From Puniceicoccaceae bacterium (GTDB taxonomy: Bacteria > Verrucomicrobiota > Verrucomicrobiia > Opitutales > Oceanipulchritudinaceae), in assembly GCA_040830765.1 (NCBI GenBank), contig JBFOMH010000004.1:238717-302716 (forward strand): DNA of 64,000 nucleotides, read 5' to 3'. Shown here in pieces: positions 48,657 through 56,920 of the stretch (positions are counted from its first letter, which is position 1; each line of letters begins with the position of its first letter). Made by a program: the position numbers and the translations under genes. The notes under the pieces are model-generated. The model was not told where the DNA came from and did no database searches. It was given only the letters and a program-made list of their open reading frames with translations.

Positions 48657-49745
48657 TCAGTCGGCGGTCGGTGGATAGCACTCGAGGATTTCCGCTTCGC
48701 CCTCCGGGATGATTTCCAATCCCTCCATTTGGGCGGGAAAGAGAAACTTCTCGAATGTCTCTAATTCCTTTGCTTCTTCCCCGGTTTGGAGGCGGATCCT
48801 ACCCTTGGTCACGATGCCGATGAAGAAGCGCCCCGGCTCGACCTGGATGGGACCGGAAAGCGTCGATTTCCGGATCTCCATGCAGGCGGTCGTTTCCTTG
48901 CCCAGCAGGTGAAACTGCTTTCCCGCACCATGTGGATATTCCCTGATGAGCTGCGGCTCAAAAAAGTACTTTTCCCTGATTTGCTCCAGGCTGGTCTGGT
49001 TGAAATCAAAAACATCGAGACAAAATTCAAGCCCCCGTCCCATGAAGCGGGCGGATTCCGGCAGGACGTACCCGGCCTTCTCAAATTCAAACCGCACCGC
49101 TAGATCCGAGGGCTCCATGATCTCCACCATCAGAATCCCTTCCCCGATGGCGTGAGGAAATCCACCAGGAATATAGAGCGTGTCCCCAGGCTTGACCGGG
49201 ATTTTCTCGAAGCATCCCTCCATGGCGGCTATGTCCTGCTTCTCGATCCATTCCTTGAGGGATTCCCTGCTGGGAGGATGCTGGAACCCGATGTAGACGT
49301 AGGGCTGTCCGATGCCCTCCCGAACGGCCAGGATGTGGTAAGCTTCCGCTTTTCCGGAGGGTTCCTCCATACGTGTCCGGGCAAATTCAGCGGTCGGGTG
49401 GCACTGGAAGTGGAGCCGGACTGCCGAATCCAGTAGCTTGACCAGCAACTGGGGACGTGGGCCAAATGCTTCCACGTGCGCCTCGCCCAGAAAGTACACC
49501 GGGTCTTCCTCAAGCAACTTGTCAAAGGGATACTCCTTGGAACCAAGGGCTGCTATGGAGACCCCTTCGTCTATTTCCTCCCGGCCGGGATTGGTGGCCT
49601 TGGTCACAGAGCCAATCCAGTCCTCTGGAAAATGGCTATCCGTTGGATCGGCCTTCCCGGCCAGTTGGTCCAGGACCTTGCCGCCCGGATACGTACGCCA
49701 GACGCGGTTTTGCGGCAGCGTTATGATCCTGCCTCGATGGCTCAT
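48657..49745 (-). CDS. Class I mannose-6-phosphate-isomerase-like cupin protein (divergent second paralogue)
   Basis: Motifs PEDW, LLVKLLD...RLHFQCHP, KAEAY, PHAIG and EIMEPSD; directly downstream of the SSS transporter. Confidence 0.75.
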   Translation of the reverse strand: MSHRGRIITLPQNRVWRTYPGGKVLDQLAGKADPTDSHFPEDWIGSVTKATNPGREEIDEGVSIAALGSKEYPFDKLLEEDPVYFLGEAHVEAFGPRPQLLVKLLDSAVRLHFQCHPTAEFARTRMEEPSGKAEAYHILAVREGIGQPYVYIGFQHPPSRESLKEWIEKQDIAAMEGCFEKIPVKPGDTLYIPGGFPHAIGEGILMVEIMEPSDLAVRFEFEKAGYVLPESARFMGRGLEFCLDVFDFNQTSLEQIREKYFFEPQLIREYPHGAGKQFHLLGKETTACMEIRKSTLSGPIQVEPGRFFIGIVTKGRIRLQTGEEAKELETFEKFLFPAQMEGLEIIPEGEAEILECYPPTAD

Positions 49746-49757
49746 AATGCGTACCCG

Positions 49758-51545
49758 TCAGCTATCACTTTGTGCCATGGAAGCGTGCTTGCGCTTCTTG
49801 TGGGCATGGGATGCCCGATAGAGCAGGCCACCGATGGCGACAATCATGAGGCCGCAGAAGAGGAAGCAGGCCCGGCCGCCCAGCGGATTGGGAACGATCA
49901 GCCCCAGCACGCCGATAAAGCTGCCATAGATGAAGCAGAGGATACCCAGGACCCGGGCCTGGACATCATCCGACTCCTCGCCACCTTCGCCGACATGGTC
50001 CACCGGGCGATGTTGCCGCTCGAAGAAGTCCTCAACGATGGGCAGTGGCTTGTAGTTGGTAATCTTGGCGATCCAAACTGTCAGGAAGAACCAAAGTGAA
50101 CAGACGATGATGTTCCCGAGGCCGCTCCAGATGTAGAGGAAGTCCGATAATTCCCGTTTGGTCAGGGTCTCGTAGCCAAACCAGGCCGGGTCGAGGCCCC
50201 ACTTGACAAAGGCGGAGAAGGCCAACCCGACGATGAGGCTGCTCCAAGCCGCCCAGCGCGGGGCTCCCTTGATGAAGATGCCCCAGACAAGCGGCATCGC
50301 ATACGGGATGGCGACCAGCGAGCCGAAGAGAATCATGATGTCGAATAAATCAAAGTTCTCGATCAGGCGGATGGCCAGGGCCGCGAATATGATGAGGACG
50401 CCGAACAATGCTGAGGTGACTTTCCCGGCGATCAGGAGTTCCTTTGCGGAAGCATGTTTCCGGAAGACCGGATTGTAGAAATTCTTGACGATGATCCCGG
50501 CATTGCGGTTCAGGCCGGTATCCATTGAGGAGATGGTCGCGGCAAACAAGGCGCAGAGCAACAGGCCCAGCATCCCGACCGGCATCATTTCCAATCCGAT
50601 AAAGACAAATGCGCCCTCATAGGCCTTGTCCCCGAGGTGTGGGAAGACAATTGAGAGATCCGGCTGAATGATGCGGGCCGCCATCGGCGGAATGAACCAC
50701 AGGAAGGGCCCGATGAACATCAGGACCGAAGCCATCAAGGCTGCCTTCTTGGCCTGTTTGTCATCCTTGACACACAGGTAGCGGTAGGAATCGAACATAT
50801 TGTTCAGCTTGAATGACTGGATGACAAAAGCCGCGAATATCCAGACGTAGACAAAGGTCGCATCCTCCGCCTGCCAGAATTTGAAATGGCTCTCCGGCAA
50901 CTGGCTGAAAAAGCCGCTCATGCCCCCGACATCGGGGTGGTTCAGGGCCAGGAAACACGCGACAATGGTAATCGACATCAGGAGGACTGTCTGCATGAAG
51001 TCCGAGGCCACGATAGCCCAGGATCCGCCGGTCACTGACATGAAGACCACCACAAAGCCAACTATCCAGATAGTCACCGTCGGCGGCACATTGAAAAAGC
51101 CCGAGGCCACAATGCCCAAGCCGTTCAACCAGATGCCCGCGTAAACCACGCTCATCGGGACCTGGATCCAGGTGAATACCTGCTCGTTCTTGTGCCCAAA
51201 GCGGTCCCGTACCCCCTCGATCGGCGTGATGACCCGCATCCGACGGAAACGGTGGCGGGTCACAAAGTAATCCCCCAGATAGCCAACCGAATTGCAAAAA
51301 AAAACCCCCCCCACCAGCCAGCCGACAATGTACGCCTTGCCCGCCGCTCCCGTGAAGGTCCAGGCACTGAATTGCGTCATGAAGGCGGAGGCCCCCACCA
51401 GCCACCACAGCATGCTCCCGCCGCCGCGGAAATAGTCACTCGCATCCTTGCTGAAGACCCGGAATATCAGGCCCAGGCTGAATTGAAAGCCAAAGTAGAA
51501 GACGACCACCAACAGGTCCCAATGATTCAGGTTCGTTCCAAACAT
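49758..51545 (-). CDS. Sodium:solute symporter, ToaA-like oligo-uronate transporter
   Basis: About 14 hydrophobic segments. SDYFRGGG.MLWW.VGA.AFMTQFSAWTFTGAAGKAY and ATISSMDTGLNRNAGI resemble the Vibrio oligoalginate symporter ToaA (recalled). Confidence 0.82.
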   Translation of the reverse strand: MFGTNLNHWDLLVVVFYFGFQFSLGLIFRVFSKDASDYFRGGGSMLWWLVGASAFMTQFSAWTFTGAAGKAYIVGWLVGGVFFCNSVGYLGDYFVTRHRFRRMRVITPIEGVRDRFGHKNEQVFTWIQVPMSVVYAGIWLNGLGIVASGFFNVPPTVTIWIVGFVVVFMSVTGGSWAIVASDFMQTVLLMSITIVACFLALNHPDVGGMSGFFSQLPESHFKFWQAEDATFVYVWIFAAFVIQSFKLNNMFDSYRYLCVKDDKQAKKAALMASVLMFIGPFLWFIPPMAARIIQPDLSIVFPHLGDKAYEGAFVFIGLEMMPVGMLGLLLCALFAATISSMDTGLNRNAGIIVKNFYNPVFRKHASAKELLIAGKVTSALFGVLIIFAALAIRLIENFDLFDIMILFGSLVAIPYAMPLVWGIFIKGAPRWAAWSSLIVGLAFSAFVKWGLDPAWFGYETLTKRELSDFLYIWSGLGNIIVCSLWFFLTVWIAKITNYKPLPIVEDFFERQHRPVDHVGEGGEESDDVQARVLGILCFIYGSFIGVLGLIVPNPLGGRACFLFCGLMIVAIGGLLYRASHAHKKRKHASMAQSDS

Positions 51546-51578
51546 TTATTTCTCCAAGGGGCAGGGGTTCACTCACAG

Positions 51579-51592
51579 TTAATAATTATTAA
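51579..51592. promoter_or_regulatory. Putative operator, copy 6 (perfect palindrome TTAATAATTATTAA), upstream of the SSS transporter
   Basis: Perfect palindrome 34 bp upstream of the ATG, flanked by CACAG...CTGTG. Minus-strand TTGCTT-17-CACAGT lies just upstream. Confidence 0.75.
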
Positions 51593-51641
51593 TGACTGTG
51601 GCGAGGGGCCCGGGGTGAAGCAAGAAAAATGTTTGAAACGC

Positions 51642-52619
51642 TTACTGCGGTTCCGGGTAGGAGGGGGAGCGGGCGAGGAGGGGCGCGCCGAGGCCGGGGA
51701 CGTAGTCGGCGAACTCCTGGCCCTCTGGATTGGTCCGTAGGGCATACTGGACCATGCCCATTTTGGCATCGAGGTTATCGACCATGGAAACAAAGACAGC
51801 TTCCGGGGTGGCGGCCTTGGTAGCTGCGCCCCATTCAAGTTCGCCCTGGTGGGAAAGGATAATGTGTTCCAACCGGTCGAGAAGGTTCTCGGGGAGTCCG
51901 GACTTGAGGGCGGCCCTGCGGACCTGCCGGTAGCCGAGGACGACGTGGCCATGGAGATGGCCCAACTTGCTTTTGCTGGTGGCGAGGTCACCGGTATACT
52001 CGAGGGCCTTGCCGAGGTCGTGGAGAATGACTCCGGCAAGGGCGAGGTCGGGGTCGACCTCCTCGTAAAGGGGGAGCAGGGCGCCGCAGGCGCGGCACAT
52101 GCGGACGGTATGTTCCATCAGGCCGGCGCGGTAGGCGTGGTGCATGGAAATAGCGCCGGGAATTATCTTGAACTCATTTTCCAGCTCGGCGAGCGCCAGG
52201 GCGGTTGTCTCCCGGAGAGGGGTGTACTGGATCTTCGCTACAAATCCCTGGAGTTCCTTCCAGAGGTCCTCGATGGGGATGGGGGCGCACTCGACGAGGC
52301 GATCGAGGTAGCGGGGAATCTCGCTTTCATGGAGGGGCTCGATGTTGACAATGGCCGGAGAGAAGCGGTTCTGGTAATATTCGGTATTCCCCTGGATGCG
52401 GAAGATGGTCCCTTCATCGGCATTGAGAAAGAGCGGGTAGAGGCTGGAGTTGCCGAAACAGACGTGATGAAAGACGCCGGTCTTGTCCCCCAGTTCGACA
52501 CTGAGGAATTCGGAATCATTACGGGCCTTTCGGATGGAGGACTTGCGCAGGACGACGATGGTTTCGAAAGGGAGCTTCTGGTCCTTGGGCAGCTGTTTGA
52601 GTTCAGCAACAGTATTCAT
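51642..52619 (-). CDS. OB-fold + HD-domain 3'-5' exoribonuclease, YhaM/Cbf1 family
   Basis: OB fold (LGDKTG) and motifs HHAY.AGL.EH, LHDLGK, GH and ILSHQG..EWG...TPEA...DNLDAK. Confidence 0.85.
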   Translation of the reverse strand: MNTVAELKQLPKDQKLPFETIVVLRKSSIRKARNDSEFLSVELGDKTGVFHHVCFGNSSLYPLFLNADEGTIFRIQGNTEYYQNRFSPAIVNIEPLHESEIPRYLDRLVECAPIPIEDLWKELQGFVAKIQYTPLRETTALALAELENEFKIIPGAISMHHAYRAGLMEHTVRMCRACGALLPLYEEVDPDLALAGVILHDLGKALEYTGDLATSKSKLGHLHGHVVLGYRQVRRAALKSGLPENLLDRLEHIILSHQGELEWGAATKAATPEAVFVSMVDNLDAKMGMVQYALRTNPEGQEFADYVPGLGAPLLARSPSYPEPQ

Positions 52620-52681
52620 GTTGCTGAGCGTTAAGACGGGCAGGTGCGAGGGCAATGGTTTTCGCTGCCCGAATGCGGGCA

Positions 52682-54613
52682 TCAGGGTGTCTGGACGAAC
52701 TGGCCGGTATTGCCATTCCAGAACCAGGCTTGGCTTCCCCAGAGGCCGGTACCTTGGTAATAGTACATCCAGGTGCCACTATCAAGGAGGTAGAGGTAGG
52801 GGAACAGGGCCGGCGTGGTGTAGAAGTTGCCCAGGAGTGGCAGCGTCGAGAATCCATAGAGGCGGCCGTCCGGGGCCCCGGTGAAATACATCCAGCCCAG
52901 TTCCAGATGGGCGACCCAGGGCCAGAACTCGGTGTAGTAGACCCCAAACCATTCCGAACCATGGTAGACGGTTCCCTCGAAGGCATAAGCGCCGTAAACG
53001 GGATAGGGAACGGACGCATCCGGTGTCCACTGGAGGCTGTCAAGGTAGCCGGCATCCTCGCCTTCCTGGGTATAGGGATCCTTGATATAGCGCCATTCGA
53101 CGATGTGTTCCCCTTCCGGGATAGGCAGCGTCACTTGAACCGGTCCTTTTTCTCCGGAAAGGAAGACGGGCTCATCGCCTTCCTGAACCGGCGCGCCATC
53201 GAGATAAAGATGGATGGCATCGTAGATATTCCCCTCATTGGGTGACTGGGGATTGGTGTAATCGGGATTTTCCTCGCAGGAAACGCTCCATTCGAAGGTC
53301 AAGGTCCCCGGTCCCAGGATGTCGAGCCGGAGGGTTGAGCTGCCAAGTGAACGGACCGGACCCGAGCGCAACCGGTTACCTGCATCAAGGTGCCAGTTGC
53401 TGTCCCCGGTATTGGAGAACTGGAGCCATGGCTGGGCCAGGATGGATCGGGCGAAAGGATTATTGCCCCGCGTGCGAGCCGCGACGGCGGAACTCTTTGG
53501 GGGGCGGTTGCCGTTGGCCGCGAACGGCTGCACTTGATAGTGATAGACGTGGCCGGGATCGAGGTTTGCGGTGTCGGTGTAGGCTGTTGCATCCGCCGGT
53601 AGGGTGGCAATAGCTTCCAGAATTCCGCGATCCTGACGAAAGACTGTGTAGCCTGCCTCTCCCGAGGAGTGATCACTCCATTCGAGGTTAATCCAATCCT
53701 GCCCCATGGCAGTGATGGCCAGGTTGTCGACCCGGCGCAGGCCATCCATCCCGCGCTCGGCAATGGCCTGTTCAATCCATTCCCAGGCGTTGTCGTCGAT
53801 GGCCCGGACAAGCATCCCGTCACTTCCGTTGCTGCCGACGACAATTCCTGCCATAAGCCAGTTCTGGAGATCATCGAGGGCATACATGGGTCCACCGCTG
53901 GAGCCACCGTAGGTGGTAACGCCTTCGAAGTCGTACATGGCGATCCAGAGGTTCTCGCTGTCCAGTTCCTCAATGCCTTCCAAACCACCCCACCAGCAGA
54001 AGTAATCCCCCGGGGAGGTGCTGTGCATGAGTCCCCGGTTGCCGGTCGGTACTTGCGGTGATTGGACCGGGTAGCCGACATGTAGTTTCTCCCGGCTGTC
54101 CCGCATGATCCCCACTGCTCCGTCGGGGTCGATGTGAACCTCCGGATAAAGCGCGAACACCTCGTTGATAAAGATTGAACTCAGATATCCGACGGCGAAA
54201 TCAATATTGAAGGTATCAGGTGAGCTGAGGCCGGGGCCGCTGTCGTCGTTTTCCTTGCGAAAGTCATAGGAGGTCCAGCGAAGCCACTTCACGGGGGAAA
54301 CCTCCGTCGTTCCCGGGGGGGTGGTTGCACCGTTGTGATAACGTGGATTGTAATCAATAAAGGAGGCTGGAATCCACTCGAAGTTGACATCATCATAGAT
54401 GACATGGGCGGCCGTGGCGATGACCCCGTTGCCGACGAGTGAACCACTGGCCGAACCGCCACCGGAGGTCATTCGACCGTTGTAAAGATAGGGGACCGTC
54501 TGGACTGCCGCTTCGGTCAAGGGTTCCGGGAGAATGGTCTCCTGTCCGTGGGCCAATGGCGACAAGAGGATGACCAAACCCGTCAATACTGCAGTGGTTC
54601 GCATATGCAGCAA
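52682..54613 (-). CDS. Secreted trypsin-like (S1) serine protease with Fn3, a beta-sandwich module and a C-terminal aromatic domain
   Basis: Signal peptide; catalytic triad motifs TAAHV, DFAV and GGSSGGP; Fn3 (LEWSD...Y.D..L.PG..YHY.V); ~100-aa Trp/Tyr tail. Confidence 0.82.
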   Translation of the reverse strand: MLHMRTTAVLTGLVILLSPLAHGQETILPEPLTEAAVQTVPYLYNGRMTSGGGSASGSLVGNGVIATAAHVIYDDVNFEWIPASFIDYNPRYHNGATTPPGTTEVSPVKWLRWTSYDFRKENDDSGPGLSSPDTFNIDFAVGYLSSIFINEVFALYPEVHIDPDGAVGIMRDSREKLHVGYPVQSPQVPTGNRGLMHSTSPGDYFCWWGGLEGIEELDSENLWIAMYDFEGVTTYGGSSGGPMYALDDLQNWLMAGIVVGSNGSDGMLVRAIDDNAWEWIEQAIAERGMDGLRRVDNLAITAMGQDWINLEWSDHSSGEAGYTVFRQDRGILEAIATLPADATAYTDTANLDPGHVYHYQVQPFAANGNRPPKSSAVAARTRGNNPFARSILAQPWLQFSNTGDSNWHLDAGNRLRSGPVRSLGSSTLRLDILGPGTLTFEWSVSCEENPDYTNPQSPNEGNIYDAIHLYLDGAPVQEGDEPVFLSGEKGPVQVTLPIPEGEHIVEWRYIKDPYTQEGEDAGYLDSLQWTPDASVPYPVYGAYAFEGTVYHGSEWFGVYYTEFWPWVAHLELGWMYFTGAPDGRLYGFSTLPLLGNFYTTPALFPYLYLLDSGTWMYYYQGTGLWGSQAWFWNGNTGQFVQTP

Positions 54614-54689
54614 TAAGTCAGCACATTCAGGGAATTGTTCAAGATAGTTTGTGCTTTCCTTGCGGGCAGGAAATTGCCGGGCGGCAACC

Positions 54690-56582
54690 TCAGGCCGTCA
54701 CCGTGGCTTGAATGGCTGTGCGGATACGCTTGAGAAGGGTGGGGCTGTCCAGGCCAGCCGACTTCCGCAAGTCGCCAACCGATGACCCATGGTGGACAAA
54801 TGTGTCCGGGTATCCAATGGTTAGAACCGGATGGTGACGCTGGCCATCATTGAGAGCCTCGAGAACAGCACTCCCGAAACCTCCCTTGATGGTATGATCC
54901 TCAAAGGTCACGAAGAGCCGGCTAGTTACTGCTTGTTCCTTCAGCAAATCCAAGTCCAGTGGTTTGGCGAAGCGGGCGTTGACCACACCAACGGACATCC
55001 CCGTTTCCTGCTCGAGTGAGTCAGCGAGGGCCATGGCTTCGGCGACCCATGGGCCCAGCGCCCAGAATTGAATCTGGCTGCCCTCGCGCATAATTTCCGC
55101 CCTGCCGATTTCCAGCTCTTGTGGGGTTGCCTTCGGCTCCACACCCATTGCACTTCCGCGAGGATAACGGATAAAGGTCGGACTGTCGGTCTGCAGGCAG
55201 GTCCAGAGCATGTCCGCCAGCTCATCCTCGTCCTTGGGCTGCATGATGGTGGTATTCGGAACGCATCTCAGGTAGGCGATGTCGAATAGGCCGTGATGGG
55301 TTGGCCCGTCGTTGGGCGAGAGGCCGGCCCGGTCCATGCAGAAGGTAACGGGAAGATTTTGCAGGCAAACGTCGTGGATAATCGGGTCGAAAGCCCGCTG
55401 TAGGAAAGTTGAATAAATCGCTACCACCGGACGCATGCCCTCGCAGGCCATGCCGGCGGCAAAGAGAACCGCATGTTCTTCAGCAATGCCGACATCAAAA
55501 AACTGTTCCGGGAGGGAATCGCGAAGATGGGAAAGACCCGTACCCGGAGGCATGGCGGCGGTGATGCCGACAATCTTTGGATTATCGCGGGCGAAATCCA
55601 GCAGGCGCTTTCCGAATACATCCTGGTAATTGGGTGGTGCATTCTTGCCTTTCGGTGGGGCCAGTCCGGTCGCCTTGTCGAAGGGCCCAAGGCCGTGGAA
55701 CTTCTCCGGTGAAGCAATTGCCGGTTCGTACCCTTTTCCCTTCTTGGTCAGCAGGTGGAGGATGATAGGTTGTTCCTGCTGCTTGGCGAATTCCAGGTGC
55801 CGGGTGACCGCGTCGAGGTCGTGACCGTCAAGGGGGCCGATATAGCGAAGACCGTATGCTTCAAACAAGCTGGAGCCGACAAAGAAGTCCTTGGTTTCCC
55901 GTTTCCAGCGACTGCCGATGTCAAGTAACCAGGATCCTCCGGGGACTTTCTTCAGCAGGGAGACCATGCCGCGATCGATCTTGTTGTAGACCGGACCAGT
56001 GATGATGTCATTGAAGTAGCGCGAAAGGGCTCCCACGTTCTTGGCGATGGACCACTCATTGTCATTGAGAATGATAATGAGGCGCGAGGTGGTCTCGGTA
56101 ATGTTGTTCAAGGCCTCCATGGTAATGCCACAGGTGAAGGCCGCGTCACCGAGAATGGCGACAACATGGCTGTCCTCCTTTAACTGGTCACGGGCTGCTG
56201 CCATGCCCAGCGCGGCGGAGAGGGCTGTACCGGCATGGCCGGCTCCGAATGCGTCATGTTCACTTTCTTCCCGGCAGAGGAAGCCGCTTAATCCCTCGGT
56301 TTGCCGTAATTTGTCAAAAGCCCCGGTGTTTCGTCCCGTGAGCAGCTTGTGGATATATCCTTGGTGCGAAACGTCGAAGATAAACCGGTCCTTGGGGCTG
56401 TCGAAAACACGATGGAGGGCCAGAGTCAGCTCCACTACCCCCAGGTTGGGCCCAATATGGCCTCCGTTGATCGAGGTCACCTCAATGACCCGTTCCCGGA
56501 GTTCGGCGGCAAGGCTTTCCATTTCGACCCGGTCGAGGCTTTTCAAGTCGGCCGGGGACTGGACTTTATCAAGGACTGACAT
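54690..56582 (-). CDS. dxs: 1-deoxy-D-xylulose-5-phosphate synthase
   Basis: Motifs GGHIGPNLGVVELT, GAGHAGT, GDAA, LNDNE, DVGIAEEHA, YSTFLQR and DGPTHHG. Confidence 0.97.
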   Translation of the reverse strand: MSVLDKVQSPADLKSLDRVEMESLAAELRERVIEVTSINGGHIGPNLGVVELTLALHRVFDSPKDRFIFDVSHQGYIHKLLTGRNTGAFDKLRQTEGLSGFLCREESEHDAFGAGHAGTALSAALGMAAARDQLKEDSHVVAILGDAAFTCGITMEALNNITETTSRLIIILNDNEWSIAKNVGALSRYFNDIITGPVYNKIDRGMVSLLKKVPGGSWLLDIGSRWKRETKDFFVGSSLFEAYGLRYIGPLDGHDLDAVTRHLEFAKQQEQPIILHLLTKKGKGYEPAIASPEKFHGLGPFDKATGLAPPKGKNAPPNYQDVFGKRLLDFARDNPKIVGITAAMPPGTGLSHLRDSLPEQFFDVGIAEEHAVLFAAGMACEGMRPVVAIYSTFLQRAFDPIIHDVCLQNLPVTFCMDRAGLSPNDGPTHHGLFDIAYLRCVPNTTIMQPKDEDELADMLWTCLQTDSPTFIRYPRGSAMGVEPKATPQELEIGRAEIMREGSQIQFWALGPWVAEAMALADSLEQETGMSVGVVNARFAKPLDLDLLKEQAVTSRLFVTFEDHTIKGGFGSAVLEALNDGQRHHPVLTIGYPDTFVHHGSSVGDLRKSAGLDSPTLLKRIRTAIQATVTA

Positions 56583-56588
56583 GGATGG

Positions 56589-56831
56589 TTAGGATTCGTC
56601 TTCCGTGCTGAATGCCTCCAGTGCCGCAGTTTCACTTTCCTGCCGAAGTTTCTCGATCTTCAGCTCGGCATGCTTGAGGCGCTCTTCACAGGTTTTGACC
56701 AGCTTACTGCCTTCCTCGAATTTTTCAACAAGGTCAGCCAAAGGAATATCGCCGGATTCCATTGAGGTCACGAGGGCTTCCAGTTTCTCAAGCGCTTCTT
56801 CAAAACTTGGCTCTTTTTTTTTCGAGGACAT
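56589..56831 (-). CDS. xseB: Exodeoxyribonuclease VII small subunit
   Basis: SFEEALEKLE.LV..MESGDIPL....FEEG..L...C...L..AE; upstream of dxs. Confidence 0.92.
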   Translation of the reverse strand: MSSKKKEPSFEEALEKLEALVTSMESGDIPLADLVEKFEEGSKLVKTCEERLKHAELKIEKLRQESETAALEAFSTEDES

Positions 56832-56920
56832 TGGGAATACGGTGTCCCCGGTAGGCCCTCCTATCAAGATTTTTCCCTTGCCCAAACCGGCTAATCGGGC
56901 TGAACAGTGTCTATCACCCT

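Noticed and set aside
27342..51592. Reading the AT palindrome as a Fur box
   Set aside because: Fur sites are 7-1-7 (TGATAATnATTATCA), whereas this motif is 7-0-7, and the downstream genes are carbohydrate catabolic rather than iron-related. Disfavoured but not fully excluded.
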